64,000 nucleotides of DNA, taken from positions 604,899 to 668,898 of the forward strand of contig CAWJPR010000009.1 in assembly GCA_963844815.1 (NCBI GenBank), in the 5' to 3' direction. The notes under the pieces were generated by a model. It did not search any database, had not been told where the DNA came from, and was given only the letters and a program-made list of their open reading frames with translations. The position numbers were made by a program, and so were the translations under genes. Below, in pieces: positions 34,295 to 43,446 of this stretch; position 1 is the stretch's first letter; every line of letters begins with the position of its first letter. The DNA comes from an uncultured Chloroflexia bacterium. Its GTDB lineage: Bacteria; Chloroflexota; Anaerolineae; Fen-1058.

Positions 34295-36454
34295 ATGCAG
34301 TACTTCATCCCGTCGGATAGCGCTCCGCGCCTGCGCGTGCTGCCCACGGCCTTCAATGCCGTGCCGCCGGCCGTGGCACGCGCCGCCATCGAGCAGCACA
34401 CGCAGCCCGGCGACGTGATCCTCGATCCATTCGCCGGCGGCCTGGGCGTGCTCCAGGCTGCGCTCGATCTGGGCCGCAAAGTCATCGCGACCTCGTTCAA
34501 TCCGATCAATGCGCTGGCACTGCGCGCCACGCTGTGGCCCGCCGACGCCCGATCGGCTTTCACGCACCTCGAAGATGCGCTCAAAGCAGCGCACCGCCTG
34601 AATGAAAACATCCTGAAGCTCTACACGGCCCACTGCCCCACGTGCGGAAAGGCAGCGCTCGCGCAGCACTTCATCTGGGATCGCGAGCGCCAGCAGCCCG
34701 TCGAGAAGCACGTGCGCTGCGCGGTATGCGGTGAAAACGCCGGCCCCAGCGAAGACGAAGATTTCAAGGAACTCAAGAAGCTCGACGGGCGCGGCCTGCC
34801 GTTCTGGCGGCTGCACGGCCGCGTTATCGATCGGGAGCACGAAGACGCCGATCGGGTGAGCGATGTGCTGGATGCTTACACGCCGCGCGCGCAGGCGGCG
34901 CTCAGCGACATCCTGCTGAAGGTCGAAGCGCTGAGCGAGGAAGATCAAGCCGCGCTGCGGCCCGCGCTGCTCGCCACGCTCGACGCCTGCACATCGCTGC
35001 ACACCCCCGACGAAGCGCGTTATCCCAGCAGCCTCAAACCGCCCGCGCGCTTTGTCGAAAAGAACGTATGGCTTGAACTCGAACGGCAGGTCTCCCGCTT
35101 GCTCTCTGTCCCGCCAGATCTCCCGCGCGTTGCAACGATTGAAGAACTGCTCGCCTCCCAGACGCCTGCCGTTTGCCTGTTGGTCCTGCCCGCCCGCGAA
35201 CTTGCCAGGCGGCTGCCCGAACGATCGATCCGGCTCGTCGTCACGCATCCGCCGCTGCCGCGCCCGGGCTTCTGGTCGTTGAGCGCCGTGTGGGCGGCGT
35301 GGTTGTGGGGCAAGCAGAGCCGCCTCGTCGATCATTTGCTGCCGCTGCTCTCGCGCAAGCGCACGAGTTGGGACTGGCAGTGGCGCGCCACTGGATCGGC
35401 GCTGAACGTGCTGAATCCGGCGCTGCGCGCAGAAGCGCGTGTGGTAATGAGTTTCCCGGCGGAAGAAGCCATCCTCGACAGCGTGACCCTGGCGGCGGCC
35501 TCGGCGCAGTGCCGCGTCGAGTCGATGACCTGCGATCCGCACGACGGTGTGCGCGCCACGTGGCGCGCGGAGCCGGTCGACCCCTTGCCCGCGCCGGAAG
35601 ACACGCTGCGCATCATCCTGCAGGAACGCGGCGAGCCGACGCAGGCGGTGATCCTGCGCGCGGGCCTGCTGGCCGCGTTGGGGCAAACCCCGGCGTTGAC
35701 GGAGGTCGCGCAGCAGTCCGAAGGAGAGCAAATGCCGCTGGCGGTGCTGCGCGGCCAGATCGATCGAGCGTGGAGTGCCGCTTCCATTCGTGAGATCGAG
35801 CCGCATCGCTGGTGGTTGATGCTCTCCCGCTCGCTGCCGGCGCCGCTGGCCGATCGAGTGGAGCAGCGCGCCCGCACTTTGCTGCACGAACGCGGGGAGT
35901 GGCACGCCGACGCATTGCTGCAGCAGCTCTATCGGGACTTTCCGGGCCATCTCACGCCCGATCGCGCTCTGGCGGCGACGGTGATGCATTCGTATGCAGA
36001 AGACAGCCACTTCGAGCGCATCCGGCTGCGCGCTGAAGATCACAGCGAGGCGCGCCGGGCTGAGGTGGACGAAGCGTGTCTGTTGTTGCAGCACAGCGGG
36101 GAAAAGCTCGGGGTGGACGTCAGCGCGGTCATGCGCCCGGAAGCGCGGCGGCAGATCGTGTGGTCAAAATCGGGAGAAGCGGTCTATACTTTTGTAGTTC
36201 AAACGACGGCGGAGATCGCGCCCATGCTGAGCGCAGATTCCGGCGTGCTGGTCATTCCCGGCGGCCGCGCCACGCTGTTGCAGCACAAGATCGCCCGCGA
36301 TGCGCGCCTGCGAAAGACTCAGTGGCAGGTGCTCAAGTTCAGTTCGCTGCGCCGCGCCGCGCAGCAGAGCGATCTGTCCCTCGCGACCTTCCCGCTGGCC
36401 TTTGGGCTGGAGCCCCCGATCGAGCAGCCGGCGATGCAGATTCAACTCTTGTGA
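34295..36454 (+). CDS. Zn-ribbon-containing DNA/RNA methyltransferase-like protein (motif I DPFAGG; motif IV-like HPPL)
   Basis: ATG at 34295 (MQYFIPSD). GDVILDPFAGGLGVLQAALDLGRKVIATSFNP; HCPTCG...CAVCG; IRLVVTHPPLPRPGFW. The upstream part of the track ORF is antisense to the lipoprotein gene. Confidence 0.55.
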   Translation: MQYFIPSDSAPRLRVLPTAFNAVPPAVARAAIEQHTQPGDVILDPFAGGLGVLQAALDLGRKVIATSFNPINALALRATLWPADARSAFTHLEDALKAAHRLNENILKLYTAHCPTCGKAALAQHFIWDRERQQPVEKHVRCAVCGENAGPSEDEDFKELKKLDGRGLPFWRLHGRVIDREHEDADRVSDVLDAYTPRAQAALSDILLKVEALSEEDQAALRPALLATLDACTSLHTPDEARYPSSLKPPARFVEKNVWLELERQVSRLLSVPPDLPRVATIEELLASQTPAVCLLVLPARELARRLPERSIRLVVTHPPLPRPGFWSLSAVWAAWLWGKQSRLVDHLLPLLSRKRTSWDWQWRATGSALNVLNPALRAEARVVMSFPAEEAILDSVTLAAASAQCRVESMTCDPHDGVRATWRAEPVDPLPAPEDTLRIILQERGEPTQAVILRAGLLAALGQTPALTEVAQQSEGEQMPLAVLRGQIDRAWSAASIREIEPHRWWLMLSRSLPAPLADRVEQRARTLLHERGEWHADALLQQLYRDFPGHLTPDRALAATVMHSYAEDSHFERIRLRAEDHSEARRAEVDEACLLLQHSGEKLGVDVSAVMRPEARRQIVWSKSGEAVYTFVVQTTAEIAPMLSADSGVLVIPGGRATLLQHKIARDARLRKTQWQVLKFSSLRRAAQQSDLSLATFPLAFGLEPPIEQPAMQIQLL

Positions 36455-36467
36455 GTGCTCGGATTCA

Positions 36468-36617
36468 TGACAAAATGAAGGGATGACAAGACGAAGGGAA
36501 GACAGGATGAAGGGAAGAAGGGAGGATAAGATGATCTTTAGTCGAGATCACCTTGTCCTCTTGTCCTCCTGTCTTCTTGTCCTCTTGTCCTCCTGCTCTT
36601 GTCCTCCTGTCACCCTG
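36468..36617. repeat. Purine-word arm (GAAGGGAAGA/GACAAGA) facing a pyrimidine-word arm (CTTGTCCTC x6): long imperfect hairpin between convergent genes
   Basis: atgacaaaatgaagggatgacaagacgaagggaagacaggatgaagggaagaagggaggataag ... ccttgtcctcttgtcctcctgtcttcttgtcctcttgtcctcctgctcttgtcctcctgtc. Confidence 0.5.
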
Positions 36618-38060
36618 TCAGTACCTTGCCTGATCCCCGCCCTGCCGCTCCTCCGGCGGCTCCATATGAATAGTCACGTGCTCCAGTTGCGGCAGTTCGG
36701 CGCGCAGTTGCCGTTCTACTTTCTCCGCGATCCGATGGGCTTCCGGCAGCGAGGTGTCGCCCGGCACAGCGCAGTGCATCGACACGTCGATCCGATCGGG
36801 CCAATGACTATGCCGCAAGATGAGGGAGTGGGTGGCACCCGGGCCGCAGACTTCGTCGGCCAGTTGAGTGATCTGCGCGCGCAGCGCTTCGCCCTCGGCG
36901 CCTTCGATCGGCCTGGGGTGATCCCCCGGTTCCGCCGGCTCCAGATGCGTCACAATCTCCAACAGGCGCGGAATCTCGGCCCGCGCGCGCGACTCGAATT
37001 CGGTCACGATCTGATGCGACGTTTCAAGTGACAGCGACGCATCGATCTCGACGTCGACATCCACGATGGTGCCGCCTTCCAGCACGTCGATGTGCACGTT
37101 GTGAACGCCCAGGCCCAGGCCGTCGGCCAGCGCGCGCAGGTGCACAGCCAGAGTCTCCCATTCCGAAGCGGGTAAATCCTGCCCCGGCTCGATGTGCACC
37201 ACCGCGTCGACCACGCCGGAAATTTGATCTTTCAGCCGACGCTCCACTTCGCTCGCGATGGCGTGCGCGTGCTCGGTGGCCATCGCCGGATCGACCTTCA
37301 CATGCAGATCGAGATGCACATCATCTTCGCGGCCGCGGCTGCGGACCCGCGCCGCGAGCCACACCCCGGGGACCTGGCGCGCGATGTCTTCCACCACGTG
37401 CGGATCGATCATGGCGCCATCGGTCAACACGCTGGACGTGTCTCGAATGATGCGATAAGCGGCTACCGCGATGTAGGCCACGATACCCAGTGCGACGACG
37501 ATGTCGAGCCACGGCAGCCCGAGGGATGATCCCAACAGGCCGACCAGTGCGGCCAGCGACACAAAGATATTGATGCGGGTGCTGGTGGCGTCGGCCTGCA
37601 GCACGTCGCTGCCCAGCTCGCGCCCGCGCCGCCCTTCATACCACACGACGAAGATATTGATCGGCAGGGTGAACAGGATCAAGGCTAACGACAGCGGTGT
37701 GACGGTAGGCGGCTGGCCGCTCCCTAAGCGCTCGAAGACATCCCGCAGCACTTCCCAGCCGGCCAGCAGCATCAGGCCGCCGATACCGAGTGTGGCGATG
37801 GTCTCGTATTTGCGATACCCGTAAGGGTGATCGGGGTCGGGCGGGTCGGAGGCGGCGCGCATGCCCATCAGGCCGATGACGTTGGACGAGGCGTCGACCA
37901 GCGCGTTGAAGGCGTCGGCCAGCACCGCGATCGATCCCGTCAGCGCGCCGACGGCAAACTTGATCGCCGTGACGAGCAGGTTGAGGATCATAATGCCGAT
38001 CAAGACGCGCTTGACCGAGCGGTGGTAGTGAGCTAAACCGTGTGGCGTTGGCGAAGACAT
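36618..38060 (-). CDS. Cation diffusion facilitator (CDF) transporter with three tandem C-terminal cytoplasmic domains
   Basis: ATG at 38060 (MSSPTPHGLAHYH). TM region: AVLADAFNALVDASSNVIGL...HPYGYRKYETIATL. Three ZT-dimer-like units follow, ending VVHIEP, VTHLEP and TIHMEP. Confidence 0.85.
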   Translation of the reverse strand: MSSPTPHGLAHYHRSVKRVLIGIMILNLLVTAIKFAVGALTGSIAVLADAFNALVDASSNVIGLMGMRAASDPPDPDHPYGYRKYETIATLGIGGLMLLAGWEVLRDVFERLGSGQPPTVTPLSLALILFTLPINIFVVWYEGRRGRELGSDVLQADATSTRINIFVSLAALVGLLGSSLGLPWLDIVVALGIVAYIAVAAYRIIRDTSSVLTDGAMIDPHVVEDIARQVPGVWLAARVRSRGREDDVHLDLHVKVDPAMATEHAHAIASEVERRLKDQISGVVDAVVHIEPGQDLPASEWETLAVHLRALADGLGLGVHNVHIDVLEGGTIVDVDVEIDASLSLETSHQIVTEFESRARAEIPRLLEIVTHLEPAEPGDHPRPIEGAEGEALRAQITQLADEVCGPGATHSLILRHSHWPDRIDVSMHCAVPGDTSLPEAHRIAEKVERQLRAELPQLEHVTIHMEPPEERQGGDQARY

Positions 38061-38302
38061 GCTGAGTCCACCTGAATAGAAAACACCGCGCTCGCGCATC
38101 TGTCGGCCAGCCAGGCAGATAGCCGCCGACGGGTATCGGCCTGACGCCCGCCCGGAGCGACCGCGAGGGAGTGCTGCGATTATAAGGGAATGAGCCGCGC
38201 CCTGCAATGGCAGTTTATCACACGGCTTTGATGACGGATTATCCATTGTCTCTGATGGTAAGCCGGACTATAATGCTCATACTTCACATTCGGAGATCGA
38301 CT

Positions 38303-39145
38303 ATGCGGCATTGCGAAGGTCGCTTCACCACGTCCGACGGAGCCGGCATCTACACGCAGGCCTGGCTGCCGGACAGCACACCGCAAGCGGTCATTCTCAT
38401 CGTGCACGGCCTGGGCGAGCACAGCGGGCGCTACGGCAACTACGTGAACTATTTCGTGCCGCGCGGCTATGCGCTGTACAGTTTCGACACGCGCGGCCAC
38501 GGCCGATCGAGCGGGCCGCGCGGCCATGTCGATTGCTTCGATTGCTACGTTGAGGACATCGAGCGGCGAGCGGCCGAGGCCCGCTCAGACTGGCCGGGTA
38601 CCCCGCTGTTTATCCTCGGCCACAGCCTGGGATCGCTCATGGTGTTGAGCTACGGCGCGCACCATCCCGATCAATTAGCGGGCCTTGTCGTCACCGGGAC
38701 GGCGCTGCAAGACGCGCTGGAGCTGCCGGCGTGGAAGCGCAACCTGGCCACGCTGCTCAGCCGCGTGACACCCTCACTGAAGATGAGCAACGGCGTGGCG
38801 CTGTCCGGCCTGTCGCACGATCCGGCAGTGCTCGCCGCTTTTGAGGCCGATGCGCTGACGCACGGGTGGGGCACGCCGCGCCTCTCCACGGAAGTGGACG
38901 CGACGCGCGCGCAGGTGTGGCAGAGCGCCGCCGCGTGGCGCGTGCCGCTCCTTATGCTGCACGGCGGGGCCGATCCCGTCTGCCTGCCGGAAGGCGCGCG
39001 GCAGTTTGCGGCTCGGACTCCCGCGGGCCTGGTGGACTATCGCGAATATCCCGGGGCGTATCACGAGATTCACAACGAGCCGGAGAAAGAGCAGGTCTTC
39101 TGCGACATCGAAGCGTGGCTGCAGGCCCAGCTGCGCGCGGTTTAA
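38303..39145 (+). CDS. Alpha/beta hydrolase, lysophospholipase/monoacylglycerol-lipase-like
   Basis: VILIVHGLGEHSGRY...LFILGHSLGSLM (nucleophile elbow)...LMLHGGADPV...YHEIHNE. Confidence 0.8.
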   Translation: MRHCEGRFTTSDGAGIYTQAWLPDSTPQAVILIVHGLGEHSGRYGNYVNYFVPRGYALYSFDTRGHGRSSGPRGHVDCFDCYVEDIERRAAEARSDWPGTPLFILGHSLGSLMVLSYGAHHPDQLAGLVVTGTALQDALELPAWKRNLATLLSRVTPSLKMSNGVALSGLSHDPAVLAAFEADALTHGWGTPRLSTEVDATRAQVWQSAAAWRVPLLMLHGGADPVCLPEGARQFAARTPAGLVDYREYPGAYHEIHNEPEKEQVFCDIEAWLQAQLRAV

Positions 39146-39268
39146 GCGTGGCTGCCGAATAGGAAATATGGGGGATAGACGCGGATTGAGCTTTGAATCT
39201 ATGATCAAGAGCGGCTGGGCTCCTGCTCAACAGGGCTGGCCGACTCTCGGGGAAAGGAGGTGAGACAG

Positions 39269-39415
39269 ATGATCTATCTGCCAAGCGAGAAGGGGCAAGG
39301 GATTGTCGAGTACGCCTTGATTTTGGTCCTGGTGGCAATCATTGTGATTATTGTGCTCGCCCTGATTGGACCGGCGATCGGCAACGTTTTCTCCAATATC
39401 TATAACAACGTCTGA
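39269..39415 (+). CDS. Flp/Fap-type pilin (48 aa; below the ORF-track size cutoff)
   Basis: GGAAAGGAGG RBS at 39251-39260. MIYLPSEKGQGIVEYALILVLVAIIVIIVLALIGPAIGNVFSNIYNNV carries the G-x-x-x-x-EY Flp signature and a hydrophobic helix. Confidence 0.7.
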   Translation: MIYLPSEKGQGIVEYALILVLVAIIVIIVLALIGPAIGNVFSNIYNNV

Positions 39416-39427
39416 GCTCTGCGACAA

Positions 39428-39461
39428 AGAAACCGGGCCCCGGCTGGGTGACCCGGTTTCT
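39428..39461. terminator. Hairpin AGAAACCGGG-loop-CCCGGTTTCT between convergent genes
   Basis: A perfect 10-bp stem, seen directly. Confidence 0.5.
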
Positions 39462-39464
39462 GTT

Positions 39465-40109
39465 TCACTTCTTCAAGACCTCGCGATACAGGTTGGCGGA
39501 CTGGCCGCCATCCCGCGCTTGCTTTCTGCGCTCGCGCCAGCGATCTTTGTAATCGCTGATCTCGCGGTTGAGCGTCATCCAGTCCTCCACCCACAACACC
39601 AGCGCCCGGTTGTCTGAGGAGAAGACCAGGTTGCCCAGCCAGAAGCGCATCCAGCGCATGGACATGGGCCAGCTGTTCATCTCCACAATCACGGCCGTCT
39701 GCCCGCCGTACTTGTCGTCCAGCGCGAACTTGCGCTCGCCGCGCGACAGCCCGCCCTTGTCAAAAACGTAGAACAGGGTATTGGGCCGCGTCTCGCGCAC
39801 GCGCTTGTAAGAAAAGACCACCTGATAGAGGGGGCCCTGAATTTTGATGTTGCGCTCGCTGCACTGCACGTACGGAACGGAGGCGGCGATGACGCGAAAG
39901 ACAGCCATGACCAGCACGACGATTCCGACGAGCAGCAGCAGCCAATCGAGATCATGTACCCACGGCACGTTGACCCATGTCTCCGCGGGCAGCAGCTGGA
40001 TAGCCGCAACCAGCGCCAGCACCGCGAGCGCGACGCCGAAATACAAACCGCGCTGGCGGCGATAACGAAGGCGAAAAGCTAACAGCGGATGTTTCCGGCC
40101 TGTCTCCAT
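39465..40109 (-). CDS. Membrane protein of unknown function (two TM helices + soluble domain)
   Basis: 214-aa ORF with FGVALAVLALVAAIQLL and LLLLVGIVVLVMAVF. No family recognised with confidence. Confidence 0.5.
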   Translation of the reverse strand: METGRKHPLLAFRLRYRRQRGLYFGVALAVLALVAAIQLLPAETWVNVPWVHDLDWLLLLVGIVVLVMAVFRVIAASVPYVQCSERNIKIQGPLYQVVFSYKRVRETRPNTLFYVFDKGGLSRGERKFALDDKYGGQTAVIVEMNSWPMSMRWMRFWLGNLVFSSDNRALVLWVEDWMTLNREISDYKDRWRERRKQARDGGQSANLYREVLKK

Positions 40110-40142
40110 CGGTGCTCCTCCCGCCCGCCTGAGCTGCGCGCG

Positions 40143-40931
40143 CTACCCTTTCCGGGCTTGAAAGGTGTCGCAGTGTTTCTGCAGGACACACTGCTCACAC
40201 CGCGGGCGCTGCGCCTTGCACACCTGCCGCCCATGCTCGATCACGTTCAGATGAAACGAGTGATACCATTCCGGCGGCACCAGGGCTTCCAGGATGTCGT
40301 GCGCCTTATCCGCCGAGGTCCCGGGCGGAATCAGCCCCAGCCGCCCGGTAACACGCTGAATGTGCGTGTCCACCGGAAAAGCCGGCTTGCCCAGCGCAAA
40401 CAACAGCACAATCGAGGCGGTCTTCGGGCCGACGCCCTCCAGCGACATGAGCCACGCCTTCGCTTCGTCAGCCGGCCAGTCGCGCAGAAAATTTAGATCG
40501 AGTTCGCCGCGCTCGGCCGTGATCCGGCGCAGCACCTTCTGAATGCGCGGCCCTTTTTGATTTGCCAGGCCCGCCGGTCTGATCGCCGCGATCACCTGCG
40601 CCGCGGGCGCATCGCGCACGGCCTCCCACGCAGGGAATTTCGCCCGCAGCGCGTGATAAGCCCGATCGCGATTGAGATCGTTCGTGTTCTGGCTGAGAAT
40701 GGTATTGATCAATTCGTCGAGCGGATCAATCGGCTCCCACCGGGCGGGCGCCTCGGCCCGATCGAGCGGGCGCACCGTGCCGGCCCAGGCCGGGCGCGGC
40801 GGTTCGCCGTAAGCCGCGATCAACAGGCGCTGCACGGCGCGGACTTTGGCGGTAAGTTGACGTCGATCGGCGGCAGCGGTTGTCATCGTAGTTTGATTAT
40901 AGGCCAGTCGGCGCGCAATGACAAACGTCAC
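40143..40931 (-). CDS. nth: Endonuclease III-like HhH-GPD base-excision glycosylase with 4Fe-4S cluster
   Basis: TILSQNTNDLNRDRAY...LEGVGPKTASIVLLFALGKPAFPVDTHIQRV...CKAQRPRCEQCVLQKHC. The start is uncertain (40931 or 40886). Confidence 0.85.
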   Translation of the reverse strand: MTFVIARRLAYNQTTMTTAAADRRQLTAKVRAVQRLLIAAYGEPPRPAWAGTVRPLDRAEAPARWEPIDPLDELINTILSQNTNDLNRDRAYHALRAKFPAWEAVRDAPAAQVIAAIRPAGLANQKGPRIQKVLRRITAERGELDLNFLRDWPADEAKAWLMSLEGVGPKTASIVLLFALGKPAFPVDTHIQRVTGRLGLIPPGTSADKAHDILEALVPPEWYHSFHLNVIEHGRQVCKAQRPRCEQCVLQKHCDTFQARKG

Positions 40932-41041
40932 CGCAAAAATCCGCGTAGTGGCGATGGTCTCTCGCCGCGTCGAGTGTTATACTCGATTCTGCCCCAACCC
41001 GATCGGCCTGCCCGGCCGATCTCAATTTCAGCGCGGAGAGA

Positions 41042-42094
41042 ATGCCCATGACCCACACCATGAAAGCCCTCGTCAAGACCGAACGCAAAGCCGGCCTGAC
41101 TCTGCTGCAGCGCGATGTTCCCCACCTGGGCCCCTATGATGTGCTGATCAAAGTGCGCGCCACCTCCATCTGCGGCACCGATCTGCACATCTACAACTGG
41201 GACCCGTGGTCGCAGGGGCGCGTTAAAGCCGTGCCGCTGATTCAAGGCCATGAAGTGTGCGGCGACATTGTCGAGATCGGCAGCAAGGTCACTGAGCGCA
41301 AGGTCGGCGACTTTGTCTCATGCGAAAGCCACATCGTCAACTATCAAGGTGAGTATTACAAGCGCGGCCTCGGCCACGTGGCGCCGGAAACCAAGATCAT
41401 CGGCGTCGATTGCGACGGCACGTTTGCGGAGTACCTTGCCATGCCGTGGCAGAATGCGTGGGTTAATCCGCCCGATATGCCCACGCAGGTGGCAGTGCTG
41501 CGCGAGAACTTCGGCAACGCCATCCACACCGCATTTGCCGCCGACGTCAAGGACAAGACCGTGCTGATCACCGGCTGCGGACCGGTGGGCTTGATGACGC
41601 TGCTGGCGGTGCGGGGCCGCGGCGCCAAGACCATCATCTGCAGCGACATCAGCGATTATCGCCGCAAGTTTGCCAAGCGTCTGGGCGCCGATTACACCAA
41701 CAATCCGCGTGAAAACGATCTGGTGCAGCTGGTCAGGCACGTCACAGCCAATGAAGGCGTGGACGTGCTGCTGGAGATGTCGGGCGCGGCCACGGCCATT
41801 CAGCAGGGCTTCTCGCTGGTGCGCTACGCGGGTGACGTCGTCGCCTTCGGCCTGCCCACGCGCCCCATCGAATTCGACATTGCCAATTCCGTCATCTTCA
41901 AAGGCATCACCGTCCACGGCATCGTGGGCCGCAAGATGTGGAGCACGTGGGAACACAGCGACGAGCTGCTGCTCGGCAAAGCCGTCGATCTCCTGCCCAT
42001 CGTCACGCACCAGTACAAACTGGAAGAGTTCGATCGGGCGTTTGCGACGATGGAGAGCGGCGAAAGCGGCAAGGTAATGATGTGGGTGGCGTAA
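41042..42094 (+). CDS. tdh: L-threonine 3-dehydrogenase (Zn-dependent MDR family)
   Basis: MKALVKTERKAGLTLLQRDVPHLGPYDVLIKVRATSICGTDLHIYNWDPWSQ...IQGHEVCGDIVEIG...ITGCGPVGLM. It is followed directly by kbl. Confidence 0.9.
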   Translation: MPMTHTMKALVKTERKAGLTLLQRDVPHLGPYDVLIKVRATSICGTDLHIYNWDPWSQGRVKAVPLIQGHEVCGDIVEIGSKVTERKVGDFVSCESHIVNYQGEYYKRGLGHVAPETKIIGVDCDGTFAEYLAMPWQNAWVNPPDMPTQVAVLRENFGNAIHTAFAADVKDKTVLITGCGPVGLMTLLAVRGRGAKTIICSDISDYRRKFAKRLGADYTNNPRENDLVQLVRHVTANEGVDVLLEMSGAATAIQQGFSLVRYAGDVVAFGLPTRPIEFDIANSVIFKGITVHGIVGRKMWSTWEHSDELLLGKAVDLLPIVTHQYKLEEFDRAFATMESGESGKVMMWVA

Positions 42095-42143
42095 CGAGTA
42101 ACAAGTAACGAGTAATTTTACTCATTACTCGTTACTCATCATC
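42091..42143. repeat. Intergenic palindrome of GTAACGAGTAA / TTACTCGTTAC words (tdh-kbl spacer)
   Basis: gtaacgagtaacaagtaacgagtaattttactcattactcgttactcatcatc. Confidence 0.55.
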
Positions 42144-42160
42144 TCCAACCGGAGGAAACA

Positions 42161-43345
42161 ATGAGCGAGAACAAACTCACCTGGCTCGAAAACGAACTAC
42201 AAGCCCTCAAGGATCAGGGCCTGTTCAACACCATCCGCACCATCGGCAGCGCGCAGGGCGCGTGGATTATCGTCGACGGCCAGCGCGTGCTGAACTTCTG
42301 CTCGAACAACTATCTGGGCATTGCCGACCATCCGCGCCTGAAAGAGGCGGCGCAGCAGGCGATCGGCAAATACGGCGTGGGCCCGGCCGCTGTCCGATCG
42401 ATCGCGGGCACGCTCGACCTGCACGTCGAGTTCGAGCGGCGCATGGCGCGGTTCAAAGGCGTCGAGGATGCGCTGTACGTCCAATCGGGCTTCTGCGCCA
42501 ACCAGGCCGCCATCCCGCCGCTGGTCGGCAAAGAGGACGTCATCTTCACCGATCGGCTTAATCACGCCAGCATCATCGACGGCTGCCGCCTGAGCAGCGC
42601 CAAGATCATCGTCTACGAGCACTGCGATCCCGCCGATGCCGAGGCGAAGATCAAAGAGCATCTGCCGCAATACCGGCGCGGCTTGCTGGTGAGCGACGGC
42701 GTGTTCAGCATGGATGGCGACATCGCGCCGCTGGATCAGCTGTACGAAGTCTGCGAGAGATATGGCGTGATCACGATGGTGGACGACGCGCACGGCGAGG
42801 GCGTGGTAGGACGCGGCGGGCGCGGCATCGTCGATCACTTTGGCCTGCACGGCAAGTTTGACGTGGAGATCGGCACGCTGAGCAAGGCCTTCGGCGTGGT
42901 GGGCGGCGTCATCGCCGGGAAGAAAGTGCTGGTCGATTGGATGCGGCAGCGCGGCCGGCCCTTCCTCTTTTCCAGCGCCGCCACTGCTGCCGATACCGCC
43001 GCGTGTCTGGCCGCCGTCGACCTGCTCGAAGAATCGACCGAGCTGGTCGACCGGTTGTGGGCTAATGCGAAATTGTTCAAGGCCGAGATGAAGAAGTTGG
43101 GCTTCAACACCGGCAAGAGCGAAACGCCGATCACGCCCGTCATTCTGGGCGAAAACCAGATCGCGCAGCAATTCAGCCGCAAGCTGTTCGAGCGCGGCAT
43201 CTTCGCCATGCCGATCGTGTTCCCCACCGTGCCCAAAGGCACGGCGCGCATCCGCGTGATGATCAGCGCCGCGCACACGTCGAGCGATCTGGAGCAGGGA
43301 TTGGAAGCGTTCCAGACGGTGGGGAAAGAGTTGGGTGTGATCTGA
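42161..43345 (+). CDS. kbl: Glycine C-acetyltransferase (2-amino-3-ketobutyrate CoA ligase)
   Basis: [28 protein letters not shown]...[16 protein letters not shown]...[13 protein letters not shown]...DDAHGEG...[12 protein letters not shown]. tdh-kbl synteny. Confidence 0.9.
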   Translation: MSENKLTWLENELQALKDQGLFNTIRTIGSAQGAWIIVDGQRVLNFCSNNYLGIADHPRLKEAAQQAIGKYGVGPAAVRSIAGTLDLHVEFERRMARFKGVEDALYVQSGFCANQAAIPPLVGKEDVIFTDRLNHASIIDGCRLSSAKIIVYEHCDPADAEAKIKEHLPQYRRGLLVSDGVFSMDGDIAPLDQLYEVCERYGVITMVDDAHGEGVVGRGGRGIVDHFGLHGKFDVEIGTLSKAFGVVGGVIAGKKVLVDWMRQRGRPFLFSSAATAADTAACLAAVDLLEESTELVDRLWANAKLFKAEMKKLGFNTGKSETPITPVILGENQIAQQFSRKLFERGIFAMPIVFPTVPKGTARIRVMISAAHTSSDLEQGLEAFQTVGKELGVI

Positions 43346-43407
43346 CGAGTAACACTTGCACCGCACTGCATTTGGTGCAGTGCAGGTGTGAGTAACGAGT
43401 AAAACGT

Positions 43408-43443
43408 AACGAGGCCGCTCAATTGAGTGGCCTCGTTTCTTTT
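43408..43443 (+). terminator. Hairpin AACGAGGCCGCTC-aat-GAGTGGCCTCGTT + TTCTTTT downstream of kbl
   Basis: A 13-bp stem with one mismatch, followed by a T-rich tract. Confidence 0.55.
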
Positions 43444-43446
43444 CAC

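Noticed and set aside
36468-36617. Possible CRISPR array or minisatellite (repeated CTTGTCCTC and GAAGGGAAG units). The same question arises for the GAGTGAA repeats at 46402-46456.
   Set aside because: The units are 7-10 nt with no spacers and no cas genes. The two arms are roughly complementary, so a hairpin or terminator-type element is the simpler reading.
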